Positions 8,472 to 22,024 of a stretch of DNA of 28,402 nucleotides are shown here, in pieces. A program made the translations under genes and the position numbers. The stretch comes from Candidatus Eiseniibacteriota bacterium (GTDB lineage: Bacteria; Eisenbacteria; RBG-16-71-46; DASYSL01). How positions within the stretch are numbered: position 1 is the first letter of the stretch; every line of letters starts with the position of its first letter. The notes under the pieces were generated by a model. The model had not been told where the DNA came from. It saw only the letters and a program-made list of their open reading frames with translations, and did no database searches. The stretch spans positions 1-28,402 of the forward strand of contig JBKJJJ010000064.1 of NCBI GenBank assembly GCA_046598045.1, given 5' to 3'.

Positions 8472-10553
8472 CTAGCGGGCGAGCCGGACCAGCTGGGCGG
8501 TGATGCGCTCGCCCCCGCTCTCGAGGCGCACGAAGTAGATGCCGCTGGGCGTCGCCCGGCCGGCGTCGTCGAGCCCGTCCCAGGGCGAGCGCCCGGATTC
8601 CGCGCCGGGCCCGTCGTAGAGCTGCCGGACCCGCCGGCCCCGCACGTCGTAGAGCGCGAGCGTCGCGCGTTCGCCCTCGGGTGCGCTCCAGTCGAGCACG
8701 GGCGAGGGCCCCGGCTGGCCGCGCGCGGCGAGCGCGAGCACGGGCGCGGGGGGCGGCGGGTCGCCCACGCCGGTGGTCACGCCGATCGTGAACGCGTTCG
8801 ACTGGTCGCAAGCGTGCACGGCGTTCTTGGCGAAGATCACGACGCGAATCTTCGCGTTGAACTTCGGCCCGGCGGGCACGGTCCAGTTGAACGAGAGCTG
8901 GTTCACGTTGCGCTTCGCGAGCTTCGTGGGCGCGGTCGCGAAGTCGTCGTAGGACAAGAGCACGAGGAACGAGTCCACCCCCGCCGCCGCGGAGCCCGTG
9001 TAGCGGATCGTGAAGGTCGAACCGGGCGCCAGGTTTTCGCCCCCGGCCGGCGCGGTCTCGTCGATCAGCGGCTGGGTCGCCGCGGCCGGGGAACCGACCG
9101 CAGTATCCCGCACCGCGTCGAGGCCGACGAATCCGCGCGGCCCGGTCGCGAGATCGGCGAGCTGCAGGCGCACCGGCCAGCCGCGGCGTCCGGTGCTCGA
9201 CCACGAAAGCGGGGTGAGCGCGCTCGTCCCCGGCCCGGCCGCGCGCGCCAGCTCCTGGCCGGTGCAATCGTCGACCAGCGCGAGATACGTCGAGTCGATC
9301 GCGGCCCCGCCCGATAGCTTGAACGCGAGGACGTCTCCCAGCAGCGTGAAGCGCGGCGAGCGCAGCGTGCCCGTCCGGTATTCGAACTCGGGAGCGACGC
9401 ACACCGAGGACTCCCCCGGCTGGCGCAAGGACTCACCGGTGCCGAGCCAGCGCATGCCCTCGGGCAGGGCCGGCGTGTCGCCGCGCAGCCGGGGCCCGTC
9501 GCTGTAGGTGGGCTGGCTGGTGAACGCGTCGCCGTCGGTGATCCACCCGGTCGGCAGCCCCGCCGGGCCCGGCACCTTATAGGCGATCGTGGTCGTGGTC
9601 ACGGTGTCGATCACGATCACCGAGGTCTGCCCGTTGCACAGGTCGAAGCGCACGCGCGAGAACAGGCTGACCGGGCCGTCGAGCACGATCTCGCCCGCGC
9701 CGCCGCGGGGGTCGACGTCGAGCGGCTCGGCCAGGTTCCACGGCCCCGCGGAGGTGGACGCGGTCAGCATCTGCGTGTGGTAGCGCGTGAAGTGCAGCTC
9801 GACGCGGTTGCCGCGGAACACCAGGCTCGGGCTCTCGATGTCCGTGTACTGCACGGACGTGGAATCGATCGCGAACGGGCCCATGTCGTTCCAGTGGAGC
9901 AGGTCGAGCGACTCGGCCCGGCCGAGCGCGGGGTAGCCCGGGGCACCCGCGGTCTCGGCGGTGTAGAGCAGGTTGAAGACGCCGTTCTCGAAGTACACGA
10001 ACGGGTCGCGGCACGAGCAGCTGATGTCACTGCCCCAACGCGCCCACGTGGTCGCGGGCGTGAACACCGGGCTCCCGGGCGCGAGCAGCCAGCTGTCGAG
10101 ATCACCGCTGGTCAACGCCCCGATCGCCTCCGACCCGAGATCGCTCTTCGCGCTGAACAGCATCACCCACCCACCACCCGGCGCGGCCGAGACCTGCGGC
10201 GCCCAGACGCCCTTCTGGAACCACGATTGCCCGCCGGCCACGAGCACGGTCGGACGCTCGGTCCAGTGCGTCAGGTCCGTGCTCACGGCGTGCCCGATGC
10301 GCGTCGCCGGTACGAGCGTGCTGGCGAGCTCGGTGTAGAACAGGTGCCAGGTCGCGCCGCTCTTGAGCAGCATGTGGTCGGACATGCGCCGGCCGGTGCC
10401 CCCGTAGCCTGGCGTCTCGAAATCGAACGAGGTGTAAACGGTTGCCCGCGCGGACAGCGCCGCGCCCAGCCCCCCTGCGAGCAGCAGCAGGGCGAGCGCG
10501 AACGCGCGAAATCGCGATGGACGTGCCGGGGCACGCGCGGGATCAGGCCTCAT
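8472..10553 (-). CDS. Secreted multidomain glycoside hydrolase (GH32/GH43-like five-bladed propeller) with Ig-like and C-terminal FlgD/T9SS-CTD-like domains
   Basis: ATG 10553, signal peptide ending SARA|TVY. MSDHM..WHLFYT, IGHAVSTDLTHW, WAPQV, CRDPFV, DIESP. C-terminus LALYDVRGRRVRQL...WDGLDDAGRATPSGIYFVRL. The ORF-track extension to 11186 overlaps dapF and is rejected. Confidence 0.82.
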   Translation of the reverse strand: MRPDPARAPARPSRFRAFALALLLLAGGLGAALSARATVYTSFDFETPGYGGTGRRMSDHMLLKSGATWHLFYTELASTLVPATRIGHAVSTDLTHWTERPTVLVAGGQSWFQKGVWAPQVSAAPGGGWVMLFSAKSDLGSEAIGALTSGDLDSWLLAPGSPVFTPATTWARWGSDISCSCRDPFVYFENGVFNLLYTAETAGAPGYPALGRAESLDLLHWNDMGPFAIDSTSVQYTDIESPSLVFRGNRVELHFTRYHTQMLTASTSAGPWNLAEPLDVDPRGGAGEIVLDGPVSLFSRVRFDLCNGQTSVIVIDTVTTTTIAYKVPGPAGLPTGWITDGDAFTSQPTYSDGPRLRGDTPALPEGMRWLGTGESLRQPGESSVCVAPEFEYRTGTLRSPRFTLLGDVLAFKLSGGAAIDSTYLALVDDCTGQELARAAGPGTSALTPLSWSSTGRRGWPVRLQLADLATGPRGFVGLDAVRDTAVGSPAAATQPLIDETAPAGGENLAPGSTFTIRYTGSAAAGVDSFLVLLSYDDFATAPTKLAKRNVNQLSFNWTVPAGPKFNAKIRVVIFAKNAVHACDQSNAFTIGVTTGVGDPPPPAPVLALAARGQPGPSPVLDWSAPEGERATLALYDVRGRRVRQLYDGPGAESGRSPWDGLDDAGRATPSGIYFVRLESGGERITAQLVRLAR

Positions 10554-10588
10554 GGGTCGTCTCGAACTGCGATTCGGGTGCACAACCG

Positions 10589-10605
10589 CGGAGTAGGGGA
10601 CTCCG
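10589..10605. other. Short hairpin just downstream of dapF
   Basis: cggagt-agggg-actccg, 6-bp stem with no U tract; function unclear. Confidence 0.3.
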
Positions 10606-10606
10606 A

Positions 10607-11434
10607 TCACGACCAGGAATAGATACCCTCGAAACTCACGTGCACCGGCCCGGAGAGCGTGGCGTCGCGCAATGTCGCGCCGTCCACGCTCCCGAACGAG
10701 ACCGTCAGGATGTCGCCACTCGCCACCTTCAATCTCACCGGCGCGCTCACGCGGCCCGCGGCCACCAACGCCGCCGCCGTCGCCACCGCCCCGGTGCCGC
10801 AGGCCAGGGTCTCGCCCTCGACGCCGCGCTCGAACGTGCGCAAGCGCCCGCTCGCGGGCCCCGTCACCGTCACCACGTCCACGTTCGCGCCCGCGGGCCC
10901 GAGCGTCCGGTGCGCGCGCAACCCGGGCGCGAACGCCGCGAGGTCGATCGCGTCGACGTCGGGCGACTCGATCACCAGGTGCGGCACACCCACCTGCACC
11001 AGCACGCCCTCGACCGGCCCGTTGGTGGTGTCGAACGCACGGCCCATCTCGGGGGCCTGGACGTCGCCCACTCCGAGGTCGACCTCGGCGCCGCGCACGC
11101 GCGCCTCGTGCCGTCCGGCTGACGAGGCGAAGCGGACGCGCCCGTCCTGCCCCAGGCCGCGCGCGACCGCGAACGCCGCGAGGCACCGCCCGCCATTCCC
11201 GCAGAGGTCGGCCTCGCCCCCGTCCCGATTGTAGTACCGCATCCGGAAGTCGAGGTTCCCTTCCCCCGGATCGAGGAACAACACCCCGTCGGCGCCGATC
11301 CCCCGCCGCCGATCGCAGGCGGCGATCACGAACCGCTCCACCTCCCCGACCGGCGCCATGACGCGGCGATCGACCACGACGAAGTCGTTCCCCGCCCCGT
11401 GCATCTTGACGAACGGGACGCGCTGGACGCTCAC
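10607..11434 (-). CDS. dapF: Diaminopimelate epimerase
   Basis: GTG 11434 overlaps the upstream stop (GTGA). FVKMHGAGNDF, GIGADG, NRDGGEADLCGNGGRC, GVPHLV, FERGVEGETLACGTGA (both catalytic Cys present). Confidence 0.97.
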   Translation of the reverse strand: MSVQRVPFVKMHGAGNDFVVVDRRVMAPVGEVERFVIAACDRRRGIGADGVLFLDPGEGNLDFRMRYYNRDGGEADLCGNGGRCLAAFAVARGLGQDGRVRFASSAGRHEARVRGAEVDLGVGDVQAPEMGRAFDTTNGPVEGVLVQVGVPHLVIESPDVDAIDLAAFAPGLRAHRTLGPAGANVDVVTVTGPASGRLRTFERGVEGETLACGTGAVATAAALVAAGRVSAPVRLKVASGDILTVSFGSVDGATLRDATLSGPVHVSFEGIYSWS

Positions 11435-12522
11435 CGGGGGGACTCCGTTCCGGGGGTTGCGGGCAAAAGGAGCAGCGTGATCCTGCTCGCCGTGCCGCCC
11501 GGCACCAGGTCGATTTCGACGGGTGCCGATACCGGCTCCGCGGGCGAGCGCGTGCGATCGTCGTTGAGGTCGCGAAATGCGACCAGCCGCCAGCGACCGG
11601 CCCGCAGGTTGCCGACGAACTTTCCGGCGACCACGTCCATGATGCCGACCGGCACGCGATCGGCAGCGATGGCGGTGTCCACCGGGACGGCCCGCGCCTC
11701 CACGCGCAACGGCGCGGTTCCGGGCGCCAGAGAGTCTATCACAGTCCCGTCGACCGCGGCCAAGGCCTCGGGATCGATCGCCGGGAGCCGCACCCCGCGC
11801 GCCGCCGGGGCCGCCACGGTGAGCGCCAGGAGACTGTCCGAGCGGCTCAGGAGGTCGGTCCCGGGCTCGAACGAGCGGTTCCGGTTCCGGTCCACGAAGG
11901 CGTACAGGCGGTAGGTCCCGGGCACGGTCAGGCCGGGCAGCAGGAACCTCCCCCCCTGGCGGGCCTGGGCGAGCGCGTCCATGTCGAGCGCCGTCGAGTC
12001 CGGCCGCCGCCCGAGGTCGTCCCGGTAGGCCCAGACGTACACCCCGTCCGCGGTCACCCCCCGCCCCTCGACCACGCCCTCGATCGCGCCCGGCGGGAAC
12101 GAATCCGCGGTCGTGAAGTGCACGACGAACGCGCGCTCGAGCGCGTTGCCGCGCACGTCGCGCGCGCCGGGTGGAATCAGCAGCGTATAGGCGCGTCCGG
12201 CGACGAGCGGCGGGTCGGGCGTGAGTGCGATCGTGCGCCCGTTCTCCCAGCGCGCACGCAGCGCGCGAATGCCGGGCCCGAGCAGCACGTTGTTGCCCAC
12301 GCTCGCGCGGTCCATCGGCTCGCTGAACACGAGGCGCAGCGGCGCGTCGAGCGCGACCCGGGTCGCGCCGGAGTCCGGCTCGGTGGCGGAGAGCGACGGC
12401 GGCAGGACGTCGCGCGGTCCTCCGGTCGGCGACAGCTTGCGCGCGCATCCCGCCGCGAGTGCGGCGCAGAGGCCGGTCGCGAGCGCGAGACGCAGCAGGG
12501 TCCTGCGGGAGGCGCGGTGCAC
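11431..12522 (-). CDS. Lipoprotein with bacterial Ig-like (Big_5-type) domain
   Basis: GTG start 1 nt after the hslU stop. Lipobox AAGC then CARKLSPTGGPRDVLPP; LVFSEPMD...YTLLIPPGARDVRGN; two AFxDxNxN motifs. Confidence 0.85.
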   Translation of the reverse strand: MHRASRRTLLRLALATGLCAALAAGCARKLSPTGGPRDVLPPSLSATEPDSGATRVALDAPLRLVFSEPMDRASVGNNVLLGPGIRALRARWENGRTIALTPDPPLVAGRAYTLLIPPGARDVRGNALERAFVVHFTTADSFPPGAIEGVVEGRGVTADGVYVWAYRDDLGRRPDSTALDMDALAQARQGGRFLLPGLTVPGTYRLYAFVDRNRNRSFEPGTDLLSRSDSLLALTVAAPAARGVRLPAIDPEALAAVDGTVIDSLAPGTAPLRVEARAVPVDTAIAADRVPVGIMDVVAGKFVGNLRAGRWRLVAFRDLNDDRTRSPAEPVSAPVEIDLVPGGTASRITLLLLPATPGTESPR

Positions 12523-12523
12523 G

Positions 12524-14043
<1,520 letters not shown>

Positions 14044-14047
<4 letters not shown>

Positions 14048-14595
14048 GAGAGCAGCTCCAGTTCGAGCTCGAGATTGGTGTAGATGCAGATCTCGCCTGC
14101 GATCGTAAGTGAATCCCGGACCAGCGTTTCGGGGGTGACCTTCGTGTGCCGCACGAGCGCCCGGGCGGCCGCGAGCGCATACGGTGCGCCCGAGCCGATC
14201 GCGATCAGGCCATCGTCCGGCTCGACGATCTCCCCGCTGCCGGCGACGATCAGCGCCTTCTTGCGGTCGAGGCATGCGAGCGTGGCCTCGAGGCGATGCA
14301 GCGAGCGGTCGGTGCGCCATTCCTTGACCAACGCGACACACGCCCGTTCGAGCTGGCCCGGATAGCGCTTGACCTGCTCCTCGAGCCGGTCCAGCAGCGC
14401 GAGCGCGTCGCCGGCCGCGCCGGCGAACCCGGCGAGCACGTGGCCGTCGCCGAGCACGCGGATCTTGCGCGCGTGGCTCTTGACCACGACGTCCCCCATC
14501 GTGACCTGGCCATCCGCGCCGAGCGCGGCCTTGCCGCCCTGGACGTAGCCGAGCACGGTGGTGGAACGGAACAGCGGGCTGCGCGGACGCGACAT
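14044..14595 (-). CDS. hslV: ATP-dependent protease peptidase subunit HslV (ClpQ)
   Basis: Short leader then TTVL..ADGQVTMG..K..ARKIR..LAGFAG..KEWRTDRSL..IGSG.YA..ICIYTN. Confidence 0.96.
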
Positions 14596-14611
14596 CGGAA
14601 CTCCCCCGGGC

Positions 14612-15520
14612 TCACGCCCGCGGATGGGCCTTTTCGTAGGCGCGGCGCAACCGCCGCGGGTTGACCTGGGTATAGATTTGCGTGCTGCCGAGCGAGGCGT
14701 GCCCGAGCAATTCCTGGATCGCGCGCAACTCCGCGCCGGCGTCGAGCAGGTGGCTGGCGAACGAGTGCCTCAATGCGTGCGGGCTGACGCCGGTCGCCTT
14801 CGCGACCTCGCCGAGGCTCGCGCTCACCGTGCGCTGCACCGTGCGCGGCGAGAGCCGGCGCCCACCGGGCCCGAGGAACAGGGGCTCGTCCGAGGCGGAC
14901 GCGCGCGACGCCCCGGCCACCGGTCGCGGCGCCTTGCGATCCTTCAGCATCGCGAGCAGCGCGACCTTGGTGTGCGCGCCGAACGGGACGATGCGCTCGC
15001 GGTCGCCCTTGCCGATGACGCGCAGCGTGCGCCCACCCCAGTCGAGATGGGACAGCTCGAGCCCGAGCGCCTCGGAGAGCCTCAGGCCGGAGCCGTAGAG
15101 CAATTCGAGCAGCGCGCGATCGCGGCGCTGGACGGGCGTGGCGGTGGGCAACGCGCTGAGCGCGCGATTGAGGTCGGCCTGCGGCAGCGTGCGCGGCAGC
15201 CGGCGCGGCTTGCGCGGCAGCGGCAGCAGGGCCGCGGCGTCTTCGGCCACGCCGCGCTCCTCAACGAAGTGCGAGAACGTGCGCCAGGCCGCGACTGCGC
15301 GCGCCTGCGACGAGGCGGCGAGGCCGCGCCGCGCGAGCCGTGCCAGCACCTCCGCGAGCAGGTCCGGGCGGAAGCTCTCGGGCCCGACCGGTTTGCCCAT
15401 GCGCCCGGCGAGCTCGTCGAGCAGGCGCGTGATCTCGAAGCGATAGGCCGAGACCGTGCGCGGCGAAAGCCGGCGCGCACCCTCGAGATGGACCAGGAAG
15501 TCTTCGAGCGCGGCGCGCAT
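14612..15520 (-). CDS. xerC: Tyrosine recombinase XerC (CodV-like)
   Basis: MRAALEDFLVHLEGARRLSPRTVSAY; catalytic motifs YGSGLRLSE, GKGDRER, PHALRHSFASHLL, LLGHASLGSTQIYT; ends KAHPRA. topA-xerC-hslVU context. Alternative GTG start at 15526 overlaps the topA stop. Confidence 0.92.
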   Translation of the reverse strand: MRAALEDFLVHLEGARRLSPRTVSAYRFEITRLLDELAGRMGKPVGPESFRPDLLAEVLARLARRGLAASSQARAVAAWRTFSHFVEERGVAEDAAALLPLPRKPRRLPRTLPQADLNRALSALPTATPVQRRDRALLELLYGSGLRLSEALGLELSHLDWGGRTLRVIGKGDRERIVPFGAHTKVALLAMLKDRKAPRPVAGASRASASDEPLFLGPGGRRLSPRTVQRTVSASLGEVAKATGVSPHALRHSFASHLLDAGAELRAIQELLGHASLGSTQIYTQVNPRRLRRAYEKAHPRA

Positions 15521-15522
15521 GG

Positions 15523-18144
15523 TCACGCGCTCGCGGCCTGGCCGCCCTGGCTCTCGGGCTCTTCCTCGTGCTTGCACTGCTGGCACTTGTAGAACGTCCC
15601 ACGCTTCTTCGAGGTCTTCTCCGACAGGAACGGGAAGCCGCACTCGGGGCACGGGCGTCCCGGGACCGGCCGGTCCCACGCCGCGTACGTGCACTCGGGG
15701 TAGCGGTTGCACGAGAAGAACACCTTGCCGCGCTTGGAGCGGCGCTCGACCAGCTCGCCCTTGCCGCCGTCGATCGGGCACGGCACGCCGAGCCCGAGCG
15801 GACGCGTGAACTTGCACGCCGGGTAGCGCGAGCAGGCGACGAAGCGGCCGTAGCGCCCCGTGCGCGCCTGCAGGTTGCCCTCCTTGCAGAGCGGGCAGCT
15901 CTCGCCCAGGTCCTCGGGGATCTCGGACTCGTCGACCGGGCGCGTGTACTTGCATTCGGGATAATTCGGGCAGGCGTAGAACGGCCCGTTGCGCCCGAAG
16001 CGCCGCACCAGGTAGCTCTCGCCGCGCCCCTCCCGCTTGCACTCCTCGCACAGGATCGTGGTCTTTTCTTCGAGGCTTGCGCGCAGGGCCTTCTTGTCCG
16101 CGCTCGCGCGGTCGAGGTCGGCCTTGAACGGCGCGTAGAACTCGCGGATCACGGCGTGCCACTCGTCCTCTCCGGTCTCGACGCGGTCGAGCTCCTCTTC
16201 CATGCGGCGCGTGAAGTCGACGTCGAAGATGTCGGGGAACATGCGCACCAGAAGCTTCGACACGGCCATGCCGAGATCGCTCGGCACGAGGCGTCCGCCG
16301 TCGCGGTTGACGTAGTCGCGCCCGGTGATGGTCGTGATGATCGTGGCATAGGTCGACGGTCGGCCGATCCCGAGCTCCTCCAGCGCCTTGACCAGCGTGG
16401 CCTCGGTGAAGCGGGGCGGCGGCTGGGTGAAGTGCTGTTCCGGGTGGAGATCCACCAGGCGCAGCTTCTGCCCCACCGTGAGCGTCGGCAGGCGCGACGA
16501 GCGTTCCTCGTCGGTCTCGCCGTAGGCGCGCAGGTGCCCGGGGAACACGAGCACCGAGCCCGTGGCCTTGAGCCCGAGCCGGCCCACGCCGACGTCGATG
16601 GACGTCGCCTTGTAGCGCGCCGGGTTCATCTGCGACGCGACCGCGCGCGACCACACCAGCTGGTAGAGCTTGGCCTGCTCCTCGGTCAGGAAGCGGCGGA
16701 CGCTCTCGGGCGTGCGCAGCACGGAGCTCGGCCGAATCGCCTCGTGCGCGTCCTGCGCGCCGGCGCGCTTGCCGTACACCGGCGGGCTGTCCGGCAGGTA
16801 CTCCTTGCCGTAGGAGCCGCCGATCCACTCGCGCAACTCGGTGATCGCCTCCCCCGCCAGGCGGGTCGAATCGGTGCGCATGTACGTGATCAGGCCGACC
16901 GGACCCTCCGCGCCGAGCGGAATGCCCTCGTAGAGCTTCTGCGCGATCTGCATCGCGCGCTTCGCGCCGAAGCCGAGGCGGCCATAGGCGTCCTGCTGCA
17001 GGGTCGAGGTGATGAACGGCGGGCGCGGTTTGCTCTGGCGGTCGGTCTCCTTGACCTCGGCCACGAACGGATCCACGTTGCGCATCTCCTCGATGAACCG
17101 GAGGCAAACGCCCTCGGCCTTGAGCTCCTTGTCCTCGAGCTTCTTGTCGCCGACGCGGAACAGCTGCGCCTTGAAGCGCTCGCCGGCCTCGGTCTCGAGT
17201 TCGGCCTCGACCGTCCAGTACTCCTCGGGGACGAACGCGCGCACCTCGTCCTCGCGCTCGCACACCAACCGCAGCGCGACCGACTGCACGCGCCCGGCGG
17301 AGAGGCCGTAGCGCACGACCTGCCAGAGCAGCGGGCTCACCTGGTAGCCGACCAGGCGGTCGAGCACGCGGCGCGCCTGTTGCGCGTTGACGAGGTTCAT
17401 GTCGAGCTCGCGCGGCGCAGCGATCGCCGCCTTGACGGCGCGCTCGGTGATCTCGTTGAACGTCAGGCGGTGCATCTTGCGGTCCTTGCCGGTGAGCGCG
17501 GTCGCGAGGTGCCAGGCGATCGCCTCGCCCTCGCGATCGGGGTCGGGCGCGAGGTAGATCTCGCGGGCCTTCGCCGCCGCGAGCTTGAGCTGGCTGAGCA
17601 CCTTCGACTTGCCGTCGATCGCGACATACTGCGGCTCGAAGTCGTGCTCGACGTCGATACCGAGACCGCTCTTGGGCAGGTCGCGCACGTGTCCGTAGGA
17701 CGCGAGCACGAAGTAGTCCTTGCCGAGGAACTTCTCGAGCGTCTTCGCCTTCGCCGGCGCCTCGACGATCACGTGGTTCTTGCCGGAGCTCCTCTCGATC
17801 TTCGCGAGCGTGGCCTGGTCGCGTGCGCTGGCGCGGGCCTCGGCCTCCTCGGACGGGACGCCCGCGCGCCCGAACGCGCGCTTGCCGGCGGCAGGTGCGA
17901 GCTCGGCGACCGCGGCCCTCTTGCTCGCCGCCTTCTTGCGCGCCGCCTTCTTGCCGGCAGCCTTCTTACCCGCAGCCTTCTTGCCGGCGGCTTTCGTGGC
18001 GGCCTTGCGGGCGCTGGGCGCAGCCGTCTCCTCGCCGCCGTCGACGGGCAAGGCGGTGCCGTCAGGCGCGGCCTTGGCGGCCTTGCCCGGCGCAGTCTTC
18101 TTCTTGCCCGCCGCCTGCTTAGTGGACGCCCGGGGAATCGCCAC
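15523..18144 (-). CDS. topA: DNA topoisomerase I (type IA) with N-terminal Lys/Ala-rich extension and C-terminal zinc ribbons
   Basis: GTG 18144 with GGGAGG upstream. TOPRIM IVEAPAKAKT, GHVRDL, DPDREGEAI, SAGRVQS, active site LITYMRTDS, QDAHEAIRP, GIGRPSTY; four C-terminal Cys-ribbon repeats. Confidence 0.97.
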   Translation of the reverse strand: MAIPRASTKQAAGKKKTAPGKAAKAAPDGTALPVDGGEETAAPSARKAATKAAGKKAAGKKAAGKKAARKKAASKRAAVAELAPAAGKRAFGRAGVPSEEAEARASARDQATLAKIERSSGKNHVIVEAPAKAKTLEKFLGKDYFVLASYGHVRDLPKSGLGIDVEHDFEPQYVAIDGKSKVLSQLKLAAAKAREIYLAPDPDREGEAIAWHLATALTGKDRKMHRLTFNEITERAVKAAIAAPRELDMNLVNAQQARRVLDRLVGYQVSPLLWQVVRYGLSAGRVQSVALRLVCEREDEVRAFVPEEYWTVEAELETEAGERFKAQLFRVGDKKLEDKELKAEGVCLRFIEEMRNVDPFVAEVKETDRQSKPRPPFITSTLQQDAYGRLGFGAKRAMQIAQKLYEGIPLGAEGPVGLITYMRTDSTRLAGEAITELREWIGGSYGKEYLPDSPPVYGKRAGAQDAHEAIRPSSVLRTPESVRRFLTEEQAKLYQLVWSRAVASQMNPARYKATSIDVGVGRLGLKATGSVLVFPGHLRAYGETDEERSSRLPTLTVGQKLRLVDLHPEQHFTQPPPRFTEATLVKALEELGIGRPSTYATIITTITGRDYVNRDGGRLVPSDLGMAVSKLLVRMFPDIFDVDFTRRMEEELDRVETGEDEWHAVIREFYAPFKADLDRASADKKALRASLEEKTTILCEECKREGRGESYLVRRFGRNGPFYACPNYPECKYTRPVDESEIPEDLGESCPLCKEGNLQARTGRYGRFVACSRYPACKFTRPLGLGVPCPIDGGKGELVERRSKRGKVFFSCNRYPECTYAAWDRPVPGRPCPECGFPFLSEKTSKKRGTFYKCQQCKHEEEPESQGGQAASA
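17930..17989 (-). repeat. 15-bp tandem coding repeat (4 copies) encoding KKAAG/KKAAR in the TopA N-terminus
   Basis: Plus-strand units gccttcttgcgcgcc / gccttcttgccggca / gccttcttacccgca / gccttcttgccggcg. Confidence 0.9.
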
Positions 18145-18571
18145 GGTCCCCTCCCGCGCTGCCGCCGCCCAGGGCGGCCTCGAGCACCAGGTCCTGGATC
18201 TCGTCGAGCCCGACACTGCGTTCGCCGGAGGCGAGCGCACGTTCGAGCACCCATTCGAACTGTTCCTCGTCGATCGCGCCGTTGCCGCGCACGCCCAGCA
18301 GGTAACCGTACGCCTCGGGCGAGAGCCGGCTGCGCTCCTCGAGCGAGAGCACGCGGTTGCCGTTCTCGGACCCCGCGGCGTCCGGGAGGTCCTCGCGGTT
18401 CGGCTCGGTGATGGCGAGGATCGAATCCAACGCGGCTTCGATCTCGTCCCCCGACGCACCCGAGGAAGCGAGCGCCTCGTGCAGGTCCTCGAGCGCGAAC
18501 TCGTCGCCGTCGAGGGCAGCGCGAAGCTGCAGCACGATGCGGCGCAGGACGCCCTTGACGTGCTCGTTCAT
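18119..18571 (-). CDS. smg: DUF494 / Smg family protein
   Basis: ATG 18571 with GGGGGAG upstream. RVLSLEERSRLSPEAYGYLLGVRGNGAIDEEQFEWVLERAL matches the Smg core; immediately upstream of topA as usual. Confidence 0.82.
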   Translation of the reverse strand: MNEHVKGVLRRIVLQLRAALDGDEFALEDLHEALASSGASGDEIEAALDSILAITEPNREDLPDAAGSENGNRVLSLEERSRLSPEAYGYLLGVRGNGAIDEEQFEWVLERALASGERSVGLDEIQDLVLEAALGGGSAGGDRGDSPGVH

Positions 18572-18605
18572 CGCTCCCCCTCGTCCGGGCCCGCGTTGCG
18601 CCCGC

Positions 18606-21611
<3,006 letters not shown>

Positions 21612-21674
21612 GGATCCTTTCGATGCGCGATGAGGAGAATCGTCGCGGCCCGGCCTGCCCGAGGGGCTAAAGCG

Positions 21675-21704
21675 CGACCCGACGAATGGGGATCCGTCGG
21701 GTCG
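21675..21704 (-). terminator. Strong hairpin downstream of csp, likely terminator
   Basis: Minus strand cgacccgacggat-cccc-attcgtcgggtcg (13-bp stem including one G-U) followed by cgcttt; weak U tract. Confidence 0.6.
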
Positions 21705-21728
21705 GGTGGCGCCGTGTCTCCTTGTCGA

Positions 21729-21929
21729 TCAAAGCTTTACGACGTGAGCCGCCTCGACTCCCCTTTCGCCTTTTCGTTCTTCGAACTCGACTGCTTCGCC
21801 TTCATGGAGGGTCCGGAATCCCGAGCCCTCGATTTCAGCGTGGTGCACGAACACTTCGTCTCCGTCCTCGCGAGCGATGAAGCCGTAGCCTTTGGAGTCG
21901 TTGAACCACTTGACGGTGCCTCTCGGCAT
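21729..21929 (-). CDS. csp: Cold shock domain protein (CspA family)
   Basis: 66 aa [23 protein letters not shown] (RNP1/RNP2). ATG 21929 with AGGAGG upstream. Confidence 0.97.
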   Translation of the reverse strand: MPRGTVKWFNDSKGYGFIAREDGDEVFVHHAEIEGSGFRTLHEGEAVEFEERKGERGVEAAHVVKL

Positions 21930-21980
21930 GAACGACCTCCTGCTCCAGAATCCCTTGGGGCGCACGGACCACCAAAAGGC

Positions 21981-22010
21981 AGCCTAGCGAGCGCCTCGGG
22001 CGAAGGTCAA
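21981..22010 (-). promoter_or_regulatory. Putative sigma70-type promoter of csp
   Basis: Minus strand TTGACC (22010-22005), 18 nt, TAGGCT (21986-21981). Confidence 0.6.
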
Positions 22011-22024
22011 GGAGTTTGACAATA

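Noticed and set aside
14612..15520. Tyrosine recombinase as a phage or island integrase
   Set aside because: XerC-like size, HPRA ending and topA-hslVU context; no att sites, tRNA or cargo genes seen.
17930..17989. Tandem repeat as a CRISPR or phase-variation tract
   Set aside because: In-frame 15-bp coding repeat without spacers; no cas genes.
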